Assembly (NCBI GenBank): GCA_009914755.4
Contig: CP068257.2
Coordinates: forward strand, 37,088,001 to 37,152,000
Direction of reading: 5' to 3'
Source of the DNA: the human T2T-CHM13v2.0 reference genome, Homo sapiens
Length of the DNA stretch: 64,000 nucleotides
Positions 59,200-64,000 of this stretch are shown piece by piece. Every line of letters starts with the position of its first letter. The first letter of the stretch is position 1. The notes beneath the pieces were generated by a model. It was not told the origin of the DNA, did no database searches, and was given only the letters and a program-made list of their open reading frames with translations. The position numbers were made by a program, and so were the translations under genes.

Positions 59200-59492
59200 T
59201 TTTTTAATTTTTTAAAATTATACTTTGAGTTCTGGGATACATGTGCAGAATGTGCAGGTTTGTTATGTAGTTAAACACATGCCATGGTGGTTTTCTGCAC
59301 CCATCAACCCGTCATCTACATTAGGTATTTCTCCTAATGCTATCCCTCCCCTAGACTCCCACCCCCCAACACACCCCAGTGTGTGATGTTCCCCTCCCTG
59401 TGCCCATGTGTTCTCATTGTTCAACTCCCACTTATGAGTGAGAATATGCGGTGTTTGGTTTTCTGAAGCCATCATTCTCAGCAAATTAACAT
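59200..59492 (+). mobile_element. L1 (LINE-1) fragment with a ~26-bp terminal micro-inversion next to an Alu
   Basis: The L1 part reads 'tactttgagttctgggatacatgtgcagaatgtgcaggtttgttatgtag...gccatggtggttttctgcacccatcaacccgtcatctacattaggtatttctcctaatgctatccctcccc...ttctcattgttcaactcccacttatgagtgagaatatgcggtgtttggttttctg'. It is followed by 'aagccatcattctcagcaaattaaca', the reverse complement of the next L1 segment 'tgttagtttgctgagaatgatggtttcc'. Confidence 0.7.
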
Positions 59493-59873
<381 letters not shown>

Positions 59874-60145
59874 TAGCATGCTCTGCCTGAACCATTTATT
59901 AGGAGACTCCTGATGTAATTTTTTTTTTCTGGACCAGAGAAGATCCTTCCAGTCTGCAGCCTGGAAGGTAAATGTCTAGTTGCCATCTTAGGGAGCTCAG
60001 GGGCTCTGCATTCTGCTGTGTGTCTGCTTCCTCAACGCCCTGTTTTCTGTATAGTCCCACCTGCCATTGTGCCTGTGGTCCTCCATGCCAGCAACTGCAG
60101 TTACAGCTTCTCCAAAGAATAAATCCCCAAGTTCAGCCAGGGTAA

Positions 60146-60486
<341 letters not shown>

Positions 60487-60829
60487 CCCAAACAACTTTC
60501 ATCCCGTCCTCCTTCCTTAGGCCTCCTCCACTCCCATTTCTGGAGGCACTGGGTCCTGAACATCAATGTTCTGTCGTGCAAATCAGGCAATTTCTGCACA
60601 GCTAGTGTAGGATTTGGCTTTCTTAAATTGGCCAAGCCCAGCTCCACTATCCACCTGCACTCCAGCCTCTAAAATCTGCACCCTGTTCTCTCTTCTCCTG
60701 GTCTTCCCATCTATCCTTGGGGATTTACAACTTTAAAAAATAATCTCTTTATTGAAGATAGTCGAGTTCCCTCTTCACCACGTTTACCTAGGAGCCTTCC
60801 TAGTGATGTCTTTAATTTTCACATTGCAT

Positions 60830-61040
60830 TCCATGTTTTACAACGATTGTCTCATGAGACAATCCTCATGAGAACCTCTGGGGAAGATGCTGTAGTCACC
60901 TCCCAGTGAAGAGGAAATTGAAACTCACAAAGTTTCAGGGAGGCATCCGCATCTGCACATGGCAATGTGGAGCTGGGACTTCAGCCCAGATGTCTGACTG
61001 CGGAGCCTGCACTAGTCCTGAACTAAACGGTGCAGTCATT
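60830..61040 (-). mobile_element. MIR SINE
   Basis: The segment reads 'cctcccagtgaagaggaaattgaaactcacaaagtttcagggaggcatc...ggagctgggacttcagcccagatgtctgactgcggagcctgcactagtcc'. Confidence 0.5.
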
Positions 61041-61854
61041 GCCAGTTACTTCATGGCTAGGCTTTGCCACAGTGGCTCAGTGAAACCAGCACTTCCTCGT
61101 GCAGGGAGAGGAGGACCTGCAATGTCCAGGGTACCATGCTGATGGGCAGTGGGAAGCTGTGCCCAGTGACAGCCCTGGTCATCAGAGATAAGAGGGGACG
61201 AATGGCAGTGCAGAATTGGAAGGATGTCTTGAGCCAGCACTGTGCCAAGGCACTTAAACAGGACATGGGTAAGGGTGGGAGCATCCTCCTCCTCATGGGG
61301 GTCTGCTCAGCTCCAATGGGGGCAATAGAGAACTGCAGCTATTTGAGCATTGATGAGTACTGCTCTTGAAGATTCTGTGACTTCTATTATAACAATTTTC
61401 AATCTCTATTCCATTGAAATGCCCTCCCTACAACAATTCATAGCCAAATTGCTTCCAGAGATAATTGGTGGAGATCACAGGTTGCTAGATTGATAGCCTT
61501 TGTTAATGAATCCAGGAATCATGAAGTTTCACCTTGGAAGGGACCTGGAGACCTTCTAGACCAACATGTTTCTCTTGGGGAAACTCAGAGAGGCCAAAGG
61601 CCAGACTCAAGGTGCAAGGCTGGTAAGCAGCAGCTTTGGAACCATTTTTGTGGGGAGAGCAGGAAGATGTGGGGGAAAGATGGCTCAGGAGCCTGGAGGG
61701 GGCTTGGGGAAGGGGCCCACGAAATGCCAGCTCATGGGGCTGAGTAGGAAACCTTGCAAAGGACTAAGATCTCTCCGAAACTCCACATCTAGAGCCAATC
61801 AGGAAGATGCAGCAATGGCCACTGTGAGAAAAGGAAACCTGCAGAGGACATCTG

Positions 61855-62395
61855 TTATCGATATTTTGAAGCCCTAACTTCTGGGACCTCAGAATGTGAC
61901 CTTATTTGGAAATTGGAAATAGAATCCTTGCCAGTGAAATTACTTAAGTTGAGGTCATATGAGAAAGGGTGGGCCCTTCATCCAAGAAGATTGGTGTCTT
62001 TATAAGAAGAGAAGAAGGGACACCGACATAAAGGGAAGAGGACAGCCACGTATGTGATGATGCAGACAGAGACTAGAGGGATGAGTCTGCAAGCCAAGGA
62101 ATGCAAGGATGGCTGGCAACACCAGACGCTCAAAAGAGATAAGAAAGGATCCTTCCCTACAGTCTTCAGAAGGAGCAAGGCCCTGCTAACATGTTGATCT
62201 TGGACTTCTGGCTTCCAGAACCATAAGGGGGTTCTGGTGGTTTATGGTGCTTTGTTGCACCACCTGGTTTATGGTGCTTTGTTGCAGCAGCCCTTGGAAA
62301 GGTAATTGAATGTCCCGTGAGGTGTCATGAGGGTGTGACCTGGAATTAGCTCTGCTGCTCTGCATGGCATCACTTTTTTTGTCCTTAGTTTGATT
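61855..62395 (+). mobile_element. MaLR LTR, MLT1-like, near full length, with an internal 21-bp tandem duplication
   Basis: The body reads 'cctcagaatgtgaccttatttggaaattggaaatagaatccttgccagtgaaattacttaagttgaggtcatatgagaaagggtgggcccttcatccaagaagattggtgtctttataagaagagaagaagggacaccgacataaaggg...ccttccctacagtcttcagaaggagcaaggccctgctaacatgttgatcttggacttctggcttccagaaccataag'. It carries the duplicated 'ggtttatggtgctttgttgca' twice and ends 'gcagcccttggaaaggtaattgaatgt'. Confidence 0.65.
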
Positions 62396-62417
62396 CCCCT
62401 TATTAAAAGTAGCTGGA

Positions 62418-62799
<382 letters not shown>

Positions 62800-64000
62800 C
62801 TAACTTCCGGTGAGCACTCACATGCCTATCTCGCTGGAGTCCTATGTTCCCAGGCTTGCATCTGTCTGCCTGTTCCCCCTACGTCTCCACCCACAGAGGT
62901 AGCCGCGGCTCTGCAGCTCTGGAGCCTCAGGGCTGGAAGCAGGTGAGGGGAGGCCTTTGTTGATCCTGCTCAACCAATGCCCCTGCTGCCACATAGAAGA
63001 AACAGTGGACGTGTTTAGAAAATGATACCAAGTTTACCCCTGAAACGCAATTGCATATCCTGTGCAGGCTGAGTGAGGCAAGGTGAAACTATTGACTGGT
63101 ATCACTTGAGATAGAGCCAACTGTTCAAACTGAAACTGAAAGACAGCGTGGTCCCTCTGAGGAAAAAAGGGCAGAAGTAAAAGCACGAAATTGTCACTTG
63201 TGTAGTGGCAAACAAAAAAGAAAGAGAAAATAGGTTTCACTTATTTAAATTATAAAAGTAGTTAGTATGTGCTGATTCAAAAAACTTAAAAGATACAGAA
63301 GTGTATAAGATAGAAACAGAACTGCGTCTGCCTCCACCTCCTCCCCTGCCCACAAGCCAGCCCTCCACTTTCAGACTCCACAGAAGCAACTGTTTTAATG
63401 CGTGGTAAACATATTTAGAAGAACTTTCTCTGCTGTGCATAAAAGCATGCTCTAACATCATTTGGTTTCACTTCATTTTATTTTAAAACCACAGTATTCA
63501 ATGACTTGCTTTTCTACTCACTAGTATATTATGGGCAACTTTTCATAGCAATGAATACAGATTTATCTCAGAACGTAATCTTGAATCAATTTCAGAATAA
63601 CTCTGTGGGATACATGGGTGATTATAAATTCACAACGTGCCTTGGGGGAATATACCACCTGTTTCTATGGACGCAATTTGCAGTACATTAATTCGGCACA
63701 CCACAAAGGCTGGACGGTTATCAATAGATTGGGTCAAGAAGAGAAGTATACAAAACATTCAGCTAGCTTTAAAGCTAAGGTTTGTCACCACAAATCTATG
63801 AAGTGTCTCTTCCGTGAGTTGGAGAAAGTGATTATTAGAGAAGCCTCAATAAAGGTCAACAGTTACAGATGATTTGAAATTTTGCCAACGTAGAAAACAG
63901 TTGGAAAACCATTGGAAATTATATTTTTTATCTTGAGTCAAGTAGGAAATAAACTTAATTTACATAGTGTAAGAATGGTTGATATACAATGTAATCCTAA

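Noticed and set aside
60900-61370. Cluster of overlapping 78-101-aa ORFs on both strands.
   Set aside because: The upstream half lies in an MIR element. The peptides are not protein-like and all three ORFs overlap each other in different frames, which is typical of chance ORFs.

Overview
This window is not prokaryotic. It is primate, almost certainly human, nuclear DNA of the interspersed-repeat-rich intergenic or intronic kind. At least 33 Alu insertions or fragments on both strands carry the diagnostic GGCCGGGCGCGGTGGCTCACGCCTGTAATCCCAGCACTTTGGGAGGC head, poly-A or poly-T tails and, in many cases, readable target-site duplications (TSDs). The rest is about a dozen solitary MaLR-type LTRs (THE1/MST-like and MLT1-like), several MIR SINEs, L1 fragments and many microsatellites or minisatellites. 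No bacterial or phage-style gene system, CRISPR array, rRNA or tRNA gene is present. Nearly every ORF in the six-frame track is a translation of Alu sequence (recurring '[18 protein letters not shown]', '[18 protein letters not shown]') or of simple repeats (the KE-rich 158-aa ORF over the TTCC tract, the LS-rich ORFs over the TC tract). Two things are non-repetitive and potentially functional: a roughly 550-bp CpG island (29.8-30.3 kb) followed by a consensus 5' splice site, and one GC-rich segment (47995-48283, minus strand) with a polypyrimidine-AG acceptor, an open reading frame and a GT donor, i.e. a candidate exon. The more distinctive observations are structural: a twin-priming Alu with intact TSD; tandem Alus sharing a flank inside an MLT1 LTR; a near-identical 133-bp segment copied into the middle of an Alu about 1 kb away; a 62-bp inverted copy inserted into a (TA)n tract; a duplicated (GATA)n STR cassette; long mirror-symmetric polypyrimidine tracts; and several young Alus with perfect TSDs and long homopolymer tails that may be insertion polymorphisms. 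Coordinates of repeat boundaries are read by eye and are approximate (about +/-10 bp). Subfamily names rest on remembered consensus sequences, not on a database search.
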